A DNA stretch of 64,000 bases from an uncultured Actinomycetes bacterium. GTDB taxonomy: Bacteria; Actinomycetota; Thermoleophilia; RBG-16-64-13. Shown here in pieces: positions 1-12,100 of this stretch. The position numbers and the translations under genes are program-made. The DNA lies in contig CAWJDT010000001.1 of the NCBI GenBank assembly GCA_963841735.1, positions 288,001 to 352,000 on the forward strand, written 5' to 3'. Positions within the stretch are counted from its first letter, which is position 1; each line of letters starts with the position of its first letter. The notes under the pieces are model-generated. The model did no database searches and had not been told where the DNA came from. It saw only the letters and a program-made list of their open reading frames with translations.

Positions 1-225
1 AGGTGATCACCCAGCAGGCAGTCCAGCTGGTCGAAAGCGAGCGCGGGCAGTCTCCTTGCAGGCCCGCAGCACCTCGACCCAGTCGACCGGCGCCACCGAG
101 AAGGTGAGTTCGCCCCGGTATTCCGCCCGCTCGAGCAGCCGCGCCCCAAAGCGCGCCTCGAGCTGCGCGACCCCCTGGAGCAGGGTCGCGGCGAAAGGAC
201 TGTCTGCCGGGCTGCCGGCGCTCAC
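1..225 (-). CDS. nuoC: NADH-quinone oxidoreductase subunit C, N-terminal part (frameshift near 50; runs off the window)
   Basis: RGELTFSV...VEVLRACK. After a 1-nt shift the frame continues [16 protein letters not shown], which is NuoC-like. Directly downstream of nuoB. Confidence 0.8.
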
Positions 226-839
226 AGTCGCAGGCCGCCCGCGGCCGCTTCGAGGTCGGCGATGGCATCGCGGGCGGGGATGCGGCGCAGCCCGTCATAG
301 GCATGCCGGCTCTCTTTGATGCGGTCTCTGATCATCTCCAGGCCCTGCCACAAGGCCTCAGGACGAGGCGGGCAACCTGGTACGTAGACATCCACCGGGA
401 TCAGGCTGTCGATGCCCTGCACAACGTTGTACGTATCCCAGATATTCCCGGATATGGCGCAGGAGCCCATGGCGACCACCCACTTGGGATCGGGGATCTG
501 CTCATAGAGCCGCACCACTCGGGGAGCCATCTTGGCACTGCACCACCCGGCCACGATCATGCCGTCGGCCTGGCGCGGCGAGGCCCTCATGGCCTCCATG
601 CCAAAGCGGGACATGTCGAAACGCGACCCGCCCAGAGCCATCATCTCGATGGCGCAACAGGCTAGGCCGAAAAGGAGGGGCCAGAACGAGAAGCTCCGGC
701 CAAAGCCCAGCACCCGCTCGATCTGCACCGGCATAGCGATGCCGCCGGGCAGCAGCACGGGACCCCCCAAGGTCTCTTCCGCGTCAAGCGCATCCGGTGT
801 GTCCCCGGCACCCGGCGTCCACAATCCTCCCGACCTCAT
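222..839 (-). CDS. nuoB: NADH-quinone oxidoreductase subunit B
   Basis: [34 protein letters not shown] motifs (N2 cluster Cys ligands). The ATG overlaps the nuoA TGA (ATGA). Confidence 0.96.
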   Translation of the reverse strand: MRSGGLWTPGAGDTPDALDAEETLGGPVLLPGGIAMPVQIERVLGFGRSFSFWPLLFGLACCAIEMMALGGSRFDMSRFGMEAMRASPRQADGMIVAGWCSAKMAPRVVRLYEQIPDPKWVVAMGSCAISGNIWDTYNVVQGIDSLIPVDVYVPGCPPRPEALWQGLEMIRDRIKESRHAYDGLRRIPARDAIADLEAAAGGLRL

Positions 840-1204
840 TCCCACTCGAACACGCCTTTCTTCCAGGCGTAGACGTACCCCACGAGAAGGATGGCCATGA
901 ACACGAACATCTCCACCAGGGCAGGGGTGCCAAGGGCGCGGAGAGAGATCGCCCAGGGATAGATAAACACCGCTTCAAGATCGAACAGCACGAACAGCAC
1001 GGCCACCAAGTAGTAGTGAACGTTGAAAGGGGCCCGGGCGTCGGCCTTCGGAAGCACGCCGCATTCATAGGGCAGACCTTTGTTGGGGTTGGTGCTCTTG
1101 GGAGAAAGCAGGTGCGAGATCGAAACGAACGCGACCGCCATCACTGCCCCGATGGCCAGCATGATGCCAAACTGTATGACCAAATCGATGGTCGGATTAA
1201 CCAA
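836..1204 (-). CDS. nuoA: NADH-quinone oxidoreductase subunit A
   Basis: [23 protein letters not shown] and WKKGVFEW motifs; three hydrophobic helices. Confidence 0.96.
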   Translation of the reverse strand: MVNPTIDLVIQFGIMLAIGAVMAVAFVSISHLLSPKSTNPNKGLPYECGVLPKADARAPFNVHYYLVAVLFVLFDLEAVFIYPWAISLRALGTPALVEMFVFMAILLVGYVYAWKKGVFEWE

Positions 1205-1427
1205 GCGAGCACCTCACAGCGGGAGCCAGCGGGAGCGAAGCATAGGTCGCCGGCCGCTCTGATGGCAGCCTCAACCACGCGTTTGACGATAACAAATCGT
1301 CCGCCTACGCGCAACGAGCCTGACCACCGCAGGTCAACGTTGTGCCCTAGGCTATACTTGCTCGCGCGCCGGGCTCATGAGCACGTCTTCTTGTGCGATA
1401 GGGTGGAACTGCAAGCCGAGGATATGA

Positions 1428-2276
1428 GTGAGTAAGAACCCTACCAAGGCGATGCCCCTGATGGGGCATCTTGGCGAAATCCGCAAACGCCTCACGTACG
1501 TCGGGATCATCGTCGTGATCTTCGTGATCGCGGCGTTCATCGAGAACAAGTACGTCTTCAAGGTGCTCATGCACCCTCTGCATGCCACCAGTGTCGACAA
1601 ACTCACAGTCCTGGGCCCCACTGAGGCCTTCATGCAGATTCTCAAGGTGTCTATCTATGCAGGGCTGATTTGCGCGTTGCCCGTCATTCTCTACCATTTC
1701 TGGGCCTTCGTGATGCCGGCGCTCTACGAGAACGAGCGACGCAACGTTATTCCTTACACCGCCGCCACCACCTTCCTCTTTCTGGGTGGAGTGGCATTCG
1801 CCTACTTCATCGTGCTGCCGGTGGGGCTCAAATTCCTCATCGGATACGGGGGCGATGCCTTCTACCACCTGCTCCAGGCCGATCGGTACACCACCTTCGT
1901 GGCGACCTTCCTTCTGGCCTTTGGCGTGGTGTTCCTGCTGCCCCTAGTGATGATGCTGCTTGCCTGGGCCGGCCTGGTCAACCACATCATCCTGCGCAAA
2001 GTGCGCAAGTACGCGGTCCTTGTCGAAGCGGTGGTCGCGATGGTCTTGACTCCCAGCCAAGACCCTCTGAGCATGATGCTCATGCTTCTGCCTCTCATAC
2101 TCTTGTACGAGGTCGGCATCTGGCTGGCCAAGATGGCCACCAAACGCAAGACCAAACACGCGGCGGCCGCGGAATCTGAGCGCGAAGCCGCCAAGGCCAC
2201 AGCTGCCGCCGCCGCTGCCGCGGCCGCAGCCGCGGCTGAAAGCGCCCCCGGCGCACCTGACGTCGACGGAGGCTGA
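1428..2276 (+). CDS. tatC: Twin-arginine translocase subunit TatC
   Basis: MPLMGHLGEIRKRL, FVMPALYENER, LTPSQDPLSM and LYEVGIW motifs; six TM segments; Ala-rich tail. Confidence 0.95.
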   Translation: MSKNPTKAMPLMGHLGEIRKRLTYVGIIVVIFVIAAFIENKYVFKVLMHPLHATSVDKLTVLGPTEAFMQILKVSIYAGLICALPVILYHFWAFVMPALYENERRNVIPYTAATTFLFLGGVAFAYFIVLPVGLKFLIGYGGDAFYHLLQADRYTTFVATFLLAFGVVFLLPLVMMLLAWAGLVNHIILRKVRKYAVLVEAVVAMVLTPSQDPLSMMLMLLPLILLYEVGIWLAKMATKRKTKHAAAAESEREAAKATAAAAAAAAAAAAESAPGAPDVDGG

Positions 2277-2340
2277 TCCCCCTCGTCCCCCGCAGTTCTA
2301 TCCTTGCACCGCACCCGCCCATGGTGTTACCATCCTACCT

Positions 2341-3963
2341 ATGACGGAGAAGAAACGGGTGCAACCTGCAGAGAGTACGTCCGGCCCGGCCGGGGTCAAG
2401 CTCCAGCCCGTCACTCCGCGCACGATTTCCGACCAAGTGGCCGAGCAGTTGCGTGGTCTCATCACGTCCGGTGAATACAGCGCCGGTGACCGCATCCCGG
2501 CCGAGCGCGACCTGGCCCTCAACCTAGGAGTCGGCCGCCCGGCGGTGCGCGAAGCGCTGAGAGAGCTCAAAGCCCAGGGGTATCTGGTATCCGGCCGGGG
2601 CGCCCAGGGCACTACGGTGGCCAACCTCCCCACGCCCAGTTTCTCCGCGCCCCTCTCGTCGCTCTTGGGCACAGGTGCAGAGCGCATCATCGAACTCATG
2701 GAGGTACGTAGCGCCGTAGAAATCGAGGCGGCGGGCCTTGCCGCCCGCAGGGCCAACCTCGAGGATCTCCACAAGCTGTCGATCCTCCTGACCACACCCG
2801 GCGAGGTGCTTTCGCCAGAAGAGGATATGGCCTTCCACACCGCCATAGCCGAAGCCACCCACAATGCCATGTTCGAACGGGTGATCCAGGAGCCGGTAGA
2901 TCTGCTGCACGACCACATGGCGGCGATCTTCGACGTGTACTATCGCGAGCCTGGCGGAGCCATCGCCCTCCAGCAGCAGCACGATGCCATCAGACGAGCC
3001 ATCCGCTCGGGCGATGAAGAGAAGGCCCGGCAGGTCATGCGCCATCACCTAGACTATGTTGCTCGGGGCCTGGCCCAGCTGGTGGGGGCCGGCCGCGTAA
3101 TACGGCTGGTCTTCATCGACCTCGACGGCACCCTCCTTTCCGGCCCGCGGCACATCTCCGAGAGAGCCAGGCGCACCATCGCCGACGTGCGCGAGGCCGG
3201 AGTGGAAGTGGTACTGGTATCTTCCCGTCCGCCGCGAGACGTCCGCCCCTTCCATCAGCAGCTCCGGCTGATGACTCCGGTCATAGCCTGCAACGGGGCC
3301 ATCTTGTGGAACGAGCCGGCGCGGGCCGGCCTCTCCCACGCTCCGGTCGCACCGGAACTGGCGGCCGAGGTGGTGGCGCTGGGTCGGAGCCTGGGCGCGG
3401 TGGCCAACCTGGAGAGCGACGACGAGTGGTTCACCGACCGAGTGGGCAATCTCGAGCGAGATGCGATCGTCGACTACGAGGTGTCCGATCCGCACGGGGT
3501 GGGGACCGTGGACGAGATGCTTCGCGCGGGCGAGCCCATCGACAAAGTCTTTCTCGATCTTCGCGAACTCGACGATGACTCGGCCAAGAGCGCCCTCACC
3601 ACCATCCAGCGCGTGTTCGGCCGGCAGGCCAACATCTACGAGACCACGCCGGGAGTGGTGGACGTCACTTCGGCCGACGCCTCCAAGGTGGCAATGGCTC
3701 AGCAGTTGGCCAGACGCATGCAGGTGCCGGCGGAGCAGACCCTGGCCATCGGCGACCACGACAGCGACGCAGCTCTGCTGCAATGGGCCGGCATCGGGGT
3801 GGCTATGGGAAACGCGAGCCCGGCGGCCAAGGCGGCGGCCGACGTGATCACCTCCTCCAACTTGCGCGATGGAGTGGCCGAGGCCCTGGAGCAGTATCTG
3901 CTGGGTCGCAAGTCCGGAGGGCCCAACGTGAGCGTGCCCAGACCAAGCCTGGTGGGCGAGTAG
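2341..3963 (+). CDS. GntR/FadR-family regulator (wHTH + FCD) fused to a Cof-type HAD-IIB phosphatase
   Basis: N-terminal IPAERDLA..GVGRPAVREAL and FCD DMAFHTAIAEATHN. C-terminal DLDGTLL, SSRP, NGA, SK and GDHDSD..MGNA HAD motifs. One continuous 540-aa frame. Confidence 0.88.
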   Translation: MTEKKRVQPAESTSGPAGVKLQPVTPRTISDQVAEQLRGLITSGEYSAGDRIPAERDLALNLGVGRPAVREALRELKAQGYLVSGRGAQGTTVANLPTPSFSAPLSSLLGTGAERIIELMEVRSAVEIEAAGLAARRANLEDLHKLSILLTTPGEVLSPEEDMAFHTAIAEATHNAMFERVIQEPVDLLHDHMAAIFDVYYREPGGAIALQQQHDAIRRAIRSGDEEKARQVMRHHLDYVARGLAQLVGAGRVIRLVFIDLDGTLLSGPRHISERARRTIADVREAGVEVVLVSSRPPRDVRPFHQQLRLMTPVIACNGAILWNEPARAGLSHAPVAPELAAEVVALGRSLGAVANLESDDEWFTDRVGNLERDAIVDYEVSDPHGVGTVDEMLRAGEPIDKVFLDLRELDDDSAKSALTTIQRVFGRQANIYETTPGVVDVTSADASKVAMAQQLARRMQVPAEQTLAIGDHDSDAALLQWAGIGVAMGNASPAAKAAADVITSSNLRDGVAEALEQYLLGRKSGGPNVSVPRPSLVGE

Positions 3964-4000
3964 GGACCATCCGGCAGGCCAGCAGCCTCTGACGCGGGGT

Positions 4001-6817
4001 TCAGGCGCTATACACCGAACCGAGAGACCGCTCCCGCCGTCTGAGCACCCATTTCTGGATCTCGATGACCCAGAAGATGACAGAACTAAGAGCGACCGCG
4101 ATCAGGACGTGCCCCACGTCGAGGGCCTGCGTTTTAAACAGACCCTGCATGAACGGCACGTAGATGAGCGCTACCTGCAAGGCCAGAGTGGCAAGCACAG
4201 CCCAGAAGAGGGCGCGGTTGGAGTAGGGCCCTTCTGTGAAGACCGATGCTCGGTCAGAGTGTATGGCCATCACGTGGAACATCTGCGAGATGGTCATCAC
4301 CGTGAACAACATGGTCTGCCAAGTGTCGTCTCCCGCCCGCCATAAGACAAAGCCGGTCAGCAGCGCGACAGCGCCCATCACAGGCCCGGCCCAAAGAATA
4401 TGAGTCCCCAGACCGCGGGCAAAGATGCTTTCGCCGGGCGGATGGGGGGGACGGCGCATAACGTCGCTCTCCGGTGGCTCAAAGCCCAGGGCAAGAGCGG
4501 GCAAGCCGTCGGTCACGAGGTTCATCCACAGGATCTGGAGAGGAAGCAGTGGCAACGGCATACCCAAGAAAGGAGCGGCCAGCATGACCGCCAGTTCGCC
4601 GACATTGGTGGCCATGAGGTACTTGATGAACTTTCGGATGTTGTCGTAGATGGCGCGGCCTTCCTTGACCGCTGCCACGATCGTGGCAAAGTTGTCGTCG
4701 AGCAACACGATATCCGCGGCCTCTTTGGCGACATCGGTGCCCGTGATCCCCATGGCCACGCCGATGTTCGCCTTGCGAAGAGCGGGAGCGTCGTTGACCC
4801 CATCCCCCGTCATGGCCACTATCTGCCCAGTATCTTGAAGGGCCTGGACGATCTTCAGCTTCTGCTCGGGAGCGACCCGGGCAAAGACCGAAATGTCGCC
4901 AACGATCTGCTCCAACTCGGGCAACGTGAGACGATCAAGGTCGGCGCTCGTAAGCACCCGAAAGCCCTCCGCTTCGGTCTCGGCCTGAGTGACGATGCCC
5001 ACCTGGACGGCGATGCTGGTAGCCGTGAGCGGATGGTCGCCGGTGATCATGACCGGGCGAATGCCGGCCGCCCTTGCGGTCATGACCGCGTCTCGAGCTT
5101 CGGCCCGCGCCGGATCGATCATGCCCACCAGGCCTACGAAGACCGCTCCCTCTTCCCATTCGCCTGGGTCTCCGGCTCGTTGCCGTTCGTCCAGAAGCCT
5201 GAACGCCAGCCCCAACACCCTCGTGCCCCGTTGGGCCATACGGGTGTTCGCCTCTTCGACCCGTGCTCTGACAGACTGGTCGAGCGGAACAGCTTTCTCC
5301 CCATCCCACACGGTAGTGGAGATAGCAAGAATGGAATCCATCGCCCCCTTGGTGAAACTGACGAACCCCAGATCCGGGTCGCTGTGAAGAGCGTCGCTCA
5401 AGCCCTCGAGACCTACCATCGGTTCCATCGGCAGAGCATGGACCGTCGTCATGAGCTTGCGCTCGGAATCGAAGGGGATCTCGGCGACCCTGGGAAAATG
5501 ATCCTCGAGATCGGCTTTGAGCAGACCCAACCGCGCTGCGGCCATGACCAGCGCGCCCTCGGTAGGGTCTCCGATGGACCGCAACTCGCTACCCGCGGCC
5601 CCGCCCTCTTGGCCGGCGCCCGCGGTCACCAGTAGCGAGTCGTTGCAGAGGGCCCCTCCGGCCACCAACAGGGCCACTGCGGGCTTGTCTCGGAGTAGAG
5701 GTGCGGACTGGCCGGCATCCGACGCGGCGAGCGGAGCAAGGCGCCCGCGCGAGACGGCTTCCACCAGGTCGACTTCGTGGCCCGCGGCGTCAAGGATGAC
5801 CACAGTCATGCGATTCTCGGTGAGAGTCCCGGTCTTGTCGGAGCAGATCACCGTGACCGATCCCAAGGTCTCCACGGCGGGCAGCTTGCGAATGAGTGCC
5901 TGTCTGCGCAACATCCGCTGGGCGCCCAGCGCCAGCGCGATGGTGACGATCGCCGGCAAGCCCTCCGGCACGGCGGCCACGGCCATGCTCACCGCCGTCA
6001 AGAGCATGATCCGCACGCCCTGCCCCTGGATGAGACCTTCCGCGAAGATGATCGCCACAAGCACCAGCGCCGCCAGCGCCAACCACCGGCCGAGTTGGCT
6101 AAGCCGTTTCTGCAGCGGAGTGGCCTCACGGGTAACGCTCTGGAGCATACCAGCGATCCGGCCCAACTCGGTATCCATACCGGTGGCTACGACGACCGCT
6201 TCAGCTCTCCCGTACGAGGCCGCGGTACCCATGAAGACCATGTTGAGCCGATCGGCCAAGGGAAGCTCGGGCTGAGGCAGAGGGGCGACGGTCTTCTCAA
6301 CCGGCTCGGACTCACCGGTGAGGGCCGATTCCTGCACGCGCAGGTTGGCCGACTCGATCAGCCGGCAGTCGGCCGGGATCAGATTACCGGCTTCCAGGAG
6401 GACGACATCGCCCACTACCAGCTCACGAGCCGGGATTTCCTCCACCTGACCCGCCCGCCTCACCCGCACCACGGGGGTGGCCAACTTGCGCAGGGCGAGC
6501 ATCGTCTTCTCGGCGCGGTACTCCTGACGAAAACCCAGAACGGCATTGAGGATGATGATGGCCACGATGGCGATCGCATCCTCGTAGTCACCCAGAGCGG
6601 CGGAGGCGATAGCCGCGACGACCAGGATGACGATGAGAAGCGAGGTGAACTGCTCGGCCAGGATGCGCCAGGGACTCTTGGCACCAGAATCAACCAGCTC
6701 GTTGGGGCCTTGCTCGGCCAGCCGCCGACCAGCATCGTCTCCGCTGAGACCACTTCGCGATGGAGTCCCCGCTTGAGACAGGGCCTCGGCAATCGTAATC
6801 CGATGCCAGTCGGTCAA
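4001..6817 (-). CDS. Cation-transporting P-type ATPase (P2A, Ca2+-type)
   Basis: [35 protein letters not shown] and [15 protein letters not shown] motifs. Confidence 0.95.
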   Translation of the reverse strand: MTDWHRITIAEALSQAGTPSRSGLSGDDAGRRLAEQGPNELVDSGAKSPWRILAEQFTSLLIVILVVAAIASAALGDYEDAIAIVAIIILNAVLGFRQEYRAEKTMLALRKLATPVVRVRRAGQVEEIPARELVVGDVVLLEAGNLIPADCRLIESANLRVQESALTGESEPVEKTVAPLPQPELPLADRLNMVFMGTAASYGRAEAVVVATGMDTELGRIAGMLQSVTREATPLQKRLSQLGRWLALAALVLVAIIFAEGLIQGQGVRIMLLTAVSMAVAAVPEGLPAIVTIALALGAQRMLRRQALIRKLPAVETLGSVTVICSDKTGTLTENRMTVVILDAAGHEVDLVEAVSRGRLAPLAASDAGQSAPLLRDKPAVALLVAGGALCNDSLLVTAGAGQEGGAAGSELRSIGDPTEGALVMAAARLGLLKADLEDHFPRVAEIPFDSERKLMTTVHALPMEPMVGLEGLSDALHSDPDLGFVSFTKGAMDSILAISTTVWDGEKAVPLDQSVRARVEEANTRMAQRGTRVLGLAFRLLDERQRAGDPGEWEEGAVFVGLVGMIDPARAEARDAVMTARAAGIRPVMITGDHPLTATSIAVQVGIVTQAETEAEGFRVLTSADLDRLTLPELEQIVGDISVFARVAPEQKLKIVQALQDTGQIVAMTGDGVNDAPALRKANIGVAMGITGTDVAKEAADIVLLDDNFATIVAAVKEGRAIYDNIRKFIKYLMATNVGELAVMLAAPFLGMPLPLLPLQILWMNLVTDGLPALALGFEPPESDVMRRPPHPPGESIFARGLGTHILWAGPVMGAVALLTGFVLWRAGDDTWQTMLFTVMTISQMFHVMAIHSDRASVFTEGPYSNRALFWAVLATLALQVALIYVPFMQGLFKTQALDVGHVLIAVALSSVIFWVIEIQKWVLRRRERSLGSVYSA

Positions 6818-7062
6818 ATTGCTTCCTACGGTCGAAGGGCGCTAGCCGCCGCAACCCGGGCGGGCTCGAGCAGTATACCAGGGGTCAATATAACACTGTG
6901 GCTTGCCAGATCTTGATTGTGGGGGACCACCAGAGGCTCCTCCCACCGTCCCGCCCGAGGCGAGTTGCCTTCAGTCTCGCGCACCGACCGCCGGTGCGGT
7001 ATTGTGGAAAAAACGACGCGAAACCGCCCAGGTCCTTGACGGCACAAAACGGGGGTGCTCCG

Positions 7063-8424
7063 ATGTTTTGCACTGCGTGTGGCAGCCATATCCCAGAAGA
7101 CAGTCGCTTCTGCGGCAACTGCGGCACTCCGGCCAACCAGGCATCCGCCGCGCCGGCGGGCCCGAAACCAGGCGCTCCAGCGGGTGGCGGGTTCTCCGCC
7201 CCGCCCCGGGCGCAATACCTACCTCCGGGAGCATCGTTTCCTCCGCCGCCCGCTAAACCGGACCGTACGATTCTGTGGATCGCCGTGTCCGCGGCGGTGG
7301 TCGTACTCGCCGCCGCCGGCATAATCATCCCGCTTGCCCTGAGAGACAAAGGCGGCGACACCAGCTCGACCACGGGAAGCGTCACCACCACGGTTGTCGC
7401 AAGCACCACCAGCTCCGAGCCACCAACTTCTACCGCGCCCGTCACCTCAACGGAGACCACCAGCACCACCGCGGCCGCCGCGGATGAATGGGTGGAAGTA
7501 GACATCCCGGGCGGTCCGTGGACCGCGAGCGATGTCGCGGTTTCCGACGAGGCCGTTCTGCTCAACACGTCTACCGACACCGAGTCACGACTCACCGCGG
7601 TCATGCTCGACTCCGGCGACGTGATCGAGCTGACAGCGGCCGAGGCCATGTGGGGCATGGACATCGATGGCGACGTCGCCGTGTGGTGGGAGGGAGCTGC
7701 TTTTGACGACGTTGCTGGGATGTGGACCGAGCAGCATATCTACTCGTTCCACCTTCCCGACGGCCCCCGCTCTGAGATCACGGCGGGAGCAGGAGTCCGC
7801 ATCGGTTCGCCCCAAGTGGCTTTGCCCTACGTAACCTGGGTGGAATCGGCTCCCTGGGCCGTCAGCCCCGATGAGTACTGGACTGAGCGCATATTGATGA
7901 CGCGGGTGAACGGCAGCGGAGCGCCCACCGGCGGCGTGACCGAGATGGTGCCCATGGCACTTGCCTTTGCGATGGGCGACTCCGGCTGGCAATACAGCCT
8001 CTCGCGCACATGCCTGGCCTGGGAGAATGGCGATGCAGCAGCCGGTGACGACCCGGGCACCAATGTGATCGAGATCGACACCGACAGCCACGGTTCGATA
8101 GGGGACAACGCATGGCAGCCGTCGCTTTGGCAGCACACGCTGGTGTACTCGGATGACGGCCTCAAAATCACCGACCTAAGCGTGGGAGGAGTACACGACT
8201 TCGCTCCCGGAGGCTATTTCCCCACCGCCGGGCCCGACTTTGCCACGTACTACCGAATGGTCGGCGCGGGCACCGAGATCGTAGCGCGCGCGTACAACGG
8301 CAGCTATGAGCAGGTCTTGGGCATCAATCCCGATCAGCCCTGGTTCTGCCCGCCCATCTCAGTGTCGCCCAGCTACATAGCCTTCGTGATCGGGGACGAG
8401 GTGCACCTGTTCAAGTGGAGCTAG
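7063..8424 (+). CDS. Zinc-ribbon membrane-anchored protein with a Thr-rich linker and an extracellular beta-rich domain
   Basis: MFCTACG..FCGNCG zinc ribbon, Pro-rich segment, one TM helix, T/S-rich stalk, then an acidic beta-strand repeat domain. Confidence 0.75.
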   Translation: MFCTACGSHIPEDSRFCGNCGTPANQASAAPAGPKPGAPAGGGFSAPPRAQYLPPGASFPPPPAKPDRTILWIAVSAAVVVLAAAGIIIPLALRDKGGDTSSTTGSVTTTVVASTTSSEPPTSTAPVTSTETTSTTAAAADEWVEVDIPGGPWTASDVAVSDEAVLLNTSTDTESRLTAVMLDSGDVIELTAAEAMWGMDIDGDVAVWWEGAAFDDVAGMWTEQHIYSFHLPDGPRSEITAGAGVRIGSPQVALPYVTWVESAPWAVSPDEYWTERILMTRVNGSGAPTGGVTEMVPMALAFAMGDSGWQYSLSRTCLAWENGDAAAGDDPGTNVIEIDTDSHGSIGDNAWQPSLWQHTLVYSDDGLKITDLSVGGVHDFAPGGYFPTAGPDFATYYRMVGAGTEIVARAYNGSYEQVLGINPDQPWFCPPISVSPSYIAFVIGDEVHLFKWS

Positions 8425-8473
8425 TCTGAGGGCTAAGTTGAGGCCGGCTCTCGCCGGCGCGCGGGACACCCTG

Positions 8474-10834
8474 CTAGGCGCCGCCGCTGTAGGAGCCCCA
8501 GGTCCAGTCTTTGACCAGGGGCATGTCATCGCCGTGCTCGCGGATGTACTGCCCGTGGTCCACGTGGATGTCGCGCACCATTTGGCGCACTCCAGCCACG
8601 CGTTGAGCCAAACCGGGCACCCGGTCGATCACGTCGCGGGCCAAACTGAAGCGGTCCAACTCGTTCAGCACCACCATGTCGAACGGGGTAGTGGTGGTCC
8701 CCTCCTCCTTGTAACCTCGCACATGCAGGTTGTCGTGGTTGGTGCGCCGATAGGTAAGCCGGTGGACGAGCCAGGGATAACCGTGATAGGCGAAGATCAC
8801 GGGTTTGTCCACAGTGAACAGGCTGTCGAAAGCCTCGTCGGAGAGCCCATCGGGATGTTCCTCCTGGGGCTGCAGGCACATGAGATCGACCACGTTGACC
8901 ACACGCACCTTGAGGTCGGGCACATGCTTCCGCAAGAAGTCGACCGCGGCCAGGGTCTCCATGGTGGGCACGTCACCCGCACAGGCCATCACCACGTCGG
9001 GCTCGCCGTCACAGTTGCCCGCCCACTCCCAGATGCCGATGCCGGCGCTGCAGTGCCGTATGGCCGAGGCCATGTCCAGCCACTGCGCTTCCGCCTGTTT
9101 GCCGGCCACGATCACATTGACCAGGCTCCGGCTACGCAGGCACTTGTCGGTGACACACAGCAGGGTGTTGGCATCGGGAGGCAAGTAGACCCGGGTAACC
9201 GACCCCTTCTTGGTGAGAACGTGGTCGATGAAACCCGGGTCCTGGTGGGAGAAGCCGTTGTGATCCTGACGCCACACGTGTGAAGTCAGCAGATAGTTGA
9301 GAGAGGCCACCGGGCGCCGCCAGGCGATCTCCTCGCACACGTCCAGCCACTTGGCATGCTGGTTGAACATGGACGAGACGATGTGGATGAAGGCTTCGTA
9401 GCAGGAGAAGAAGGCGTGCCGCCCCGTCAGGAGATAGCCCTCCACCCAGCCCTGGATGGTGTGCTCACTCAGTATCTCCATGACCCGGCCGGTCGGGGAG
9501 AGTCGGTCGTCGCCGGGGATCATTTCGGCCATCCAAGTGCGCGGGGTGACTTCCAGGACGGCTCCCAAGCGGTTGGATGCCGTCTCATCGGGGCCGAACA
9601 GACGGAAGTCCTTGGAGTCGAGGTTAAGGCGCATAACCTCAGCCAAGTAGGCACCCATGACCTTGGTGGCCTCGCCCACCACACCACCGGGCGCCGGCAC
9701 GTCCACCGCGAAAACGCGGTAGTCCGGCAGCTCCAGGTCGCGCAGCAACAGACCACCGTTGCTGTGGGGGTTGTCGCTCATGCGCCGGGTGCCGTGCGGT
9801 GCCAATTCCGCCAGCTCGGGAAGTAGCCTGCCGGTCTCATCGAAGAGTTCCTCGGGCTTGTAGCTGCGCATCCAGTCTTCGAGCAACTGGATGTGCGCGT
9901 CGGTCATATCCGAGAAGGGCACTTGGTGCGAGCGGAAAGTCCCCTCGGTCTTCAGGCCGTCCACGGTCTTCGGGCCGGTCCAGCCCTTGGGCGTCACCAG
10001 CACGATCGCCGGCCAGGCCGGGCGCTCGGTTACACCACCCTCCCGCGCGCACTTCTGGATGACCTTGATCTCATCCAACACCTGGTCCATAGTGGCGGCC
10101 ATCAACTCATGCATCGTGGCGGGATCGTCGCCTTCGACGAAGTAGGGCTTGTATCCACTGCCGCGCAGGTAGTCGGCCAGCTCCGCCCGGTCCACCCGGG
10201 CAAACACGGTGGGGTTGGCGATCTTGTAGCCATTGAGGTGGAGGATGGGCAACACGGCCCCGTCCACAGCCGGGTTGAGGAACTTGTTCGACTGCCAGGA
10301 GGCGGCCAAAGCGCCGGTCTCGGCTTCGCCGTCGCCCACGACACAGGCGACGATGAGCTCGGGGTTGTCAAAGGCGGCCCCGTAGGCGTGTGACAGGCAG
10401 TAGCCCAGTTCCCCGCCCTCGTTGATAGACCCCGGCGTCTCGGCGGCTACATGGCTGGGGATCCCCCCGGGGAAAGAGAACTGCTTGAACAGACGCTGCA
10501 TCCCCGTTTCGCTCTGCGATATATGGCTGTAGTACTCGCTGTAGGTGCCCTCCAAATACGCGTTGGCCACCATGGCCGGCCCCCCGTGACCCGGCCCGCA
10601 GATGTAGATCATGTCGAGGTCGCGGTCCTTGATTACCCTGTTCAAATGAGCGTAGACGAAGCTCAGACCGGGGCAAGTACCCCAGTGTCCGAGGAGACGG
10701 GCCTTGATGTCGTCGTGGCACAGGGGCCGGCGCAGGAGCGGATTCTCTTTGAGGTATATCTGTCCGACCGCTAGGTAGTTGGCTGCGCGCCAGTAGGCAT
10801 TGATCTTATCCAGGGAAGCGGAGTCGAGTGGCAT
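8474..10834 (-). CDS. xfp: Xylulose-5-phosphate/fructose-6-phosphate phosphoketolase
   Basis: [46 protein letters not shown] and [14 protein letters not shown] motifs. Confidence 0.97.
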   Translation of the reverse strand: MPLDSASLDKINAYWRAANYLAVGQIYLKENPLLRRPLCHDDIKARLLGHWGTCPGLSFVYAHLNRVIKDRDLDMIYICGPGHGGPAMVANAYLEGTYSEYYSHISQSETGMQRLFKQFSFPGGIPSHVAAETPGSINEGGELGYCLSHAYGAAFDNPELIVACVVGDGEAETGALAASWQSNKFLNPAVDGAVLPILHLNGYKIANPTVFARVDRAELADYLRGSGYKPYFVEGDDPATMHELMAATMDQVLDEIKVIQKCAREGGVTERPAWPAIVLVTPKGWTGPKTVDGLKTEGTFRSHQVPFSDMTDAHIQLLEDWMRSYKPEELFDETGRLLPELAELAPHGTRRMSDNPHSNGGLLLRDLELPDYRVFAVDVPAPGGVVGEATKVMGAYLAEVMRLNLDSKDFRLFGPDETASNRLGAVLEVTPRTWMAEMIPGDDRLSPTGRVMEILSEHTIQGWVEGYLLTGRHAFFSCYEAFIHIVSSMFNQHAKWLDVCEEIAWRRPVASLNYLLTSHVWRQDHNGFSHQDPGFIDHVLTKKGSVTRVYLPPDANTLLCVTDKCLRSRSLVNVIVAGKQAEAQWLDMASAIRHCSAGIGIWEWAGNCDGEPDVVMACAGDVPTMETLAAVDFLRKHVPDLKVRVVNVVDLMCLQPQEEHPDGLSDEAFDSLFTVDKPVIFAYHGYPWLVHRLTYRRTNHDNLHVRGYKEEGTTTTPFDMVVLNELDRFSLARDVIDRVPGLAQRVAGVRQMVRDIHVDHGQYIREHGDDMPLVKDWTWGSYSGGA

Positions 10835-12100
10835 CTATTCCTCCGGTCTACAGGTGTCAACCGCTTCGGCATCCTCGAAGGCATCGGGGCCGGATTTCTC
10901 CGGCAGCCCGCTGCCAAAAACCAGAGTGTAGGTGTGCCGGGCGATCATCAGGTCTTCGTTAGTAGGCACCACCATCACCCGACACCGGCTCTCGTCGGAG
11001 CTGATGGTCAGGGTCTGATCTTTGTTGCGCGCCGGGTCGAGCTCGACGCCGAGATGTTCGAGTCCCCGGCATATGAGGGCGCGGACAAGCGGAGCGTTCT
11101 CGCCAATGCCGGCCGTGAAGACCAGCAGATCAAGACCTCCCAAGACCGCGGCAAGGGAGCCGACGGTCTTGCGCGCCTGATAGCAGTACATCTCCACAGC
11201 CTGGGCCGCCGCCTCGTTGCAGGTGGCCCGTAGCCCCAGCAGAGTCTCCATGTCGGCCGTCTCGCCGGACACTCCCTTCAAGCCGCTCTCCTTGTCCAGC
11301 AGACGCTCCAGGGTCTCAGAATCGTAGCCCCATTCGCGCTGCAGATAGAGCAGCACCCCGGGATCCAAATCACCGCTGCGGGTGCCCATCATGAATCCCC
11401 CCATGGGGGTCATGCCCATGGTAGTGTCCATCGGCCGCCCGTTCAGACAAGCGACCATGCTCGCCCCATTGCCCAAGTGGGCAATTATCGCGCGGCCCCC
11501 GGCTCGGTTGCCCAATACGCTAAGAACATACTCGTACGAGAGCCCATGGAACCCGTACTTGTGCACTCCCTGCTCGAAGAACTGTCGGGGCAAGGCCAAC
11601 CGGCTGGCGACCTCTGGCATGCGCGCGTGGAAGCCGGTGTCGAAGCAGGCCACCTGAGGCAACCCCGGGCGCTGAGCACACAGGGCGTCGATCACACGTA
11701 GGCTCGCCGGCATATGCAGAGGCGCCCATGCCGTGTGCTCGCGCAGGTCCTCCAGCACATCCGGGACAAGCATGCGCGGTGTGAGGTAGTGAGGTCCCCC
11801 GTGCACCACGCGGTGCCCGACGGCCTCGATCGAAGGGACGCTCCTACCAGAGAGCGCGGCCAGAACCTGCTCGATGGCATCCTCATATTCCACATCGGGC
11901 AGCAGGCGATCAAGGAACAGGCTGCCCTGTCCGTCCGCGAACCATATGCGGCCCTTGCCCTGCCCGATCCCCTCAACCGCTCCTCGGGCCAGGAGTTCCT
12001 GGTCCAAGCCTTGACGTTCGCTCAAGCCCACCTCGTATAGATGAAACTTCAGCGACGAAGACCCGCTGTTGATGCACAGGATCGTCTGCGACTCGATCAT
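10835..12100 (-). CDS. ackA: Acetate kinase
   Basis: INSGSSSLK, GHRVVHGG, FDTGFH, YGFHGLS, HLGNGAS, TRSGDLDPG, FTAGIGEN and PTNED motifs. Confidence 0.96.
   Translation of the reverse strand: MIESQTILCINSGSSSLKFHLYEVGLSERQGLDQELLARGAVEGIGQGKGRIWFADGQGSLFLDRLLPDVEYEDAIEQVLAALSGRSVPSIEAVGHRVVHGGPHYLTPRMLVPDVLEDLREHTAWAPLHMPASLRVIDALCAQRPGLPQVACFDTGFHARMPEVASRLALPRQFFEQGVHKYGFHGLSYEYVLSVLGNRAGGRAIIAHLGNGASMVACLNGRPMDTTMGMTPMGGFMMGTRSGDLDPGVLLYLQREWGYDSETLERLLDKESGLKGVSGETADMETLLGLRATCNEAAAQAVEMYCYQARKTVGSLAAVLGGLDLLVFTAGIGENAPLVRALICRGLEHLGVELDPARNKDQTLTISSDESRCRVMVVPTNEDLMIARHTYTLVFGSGLPEKSGPDAFEDAEAVDTCRPEE

Noticed and set aside
2160-2240. GCC/GCG-rich repeat at the tatC 3' end
   Set aside because: It encodes a low-complexity poly-Ala tail and is not a CRISPR or mobile repeat.
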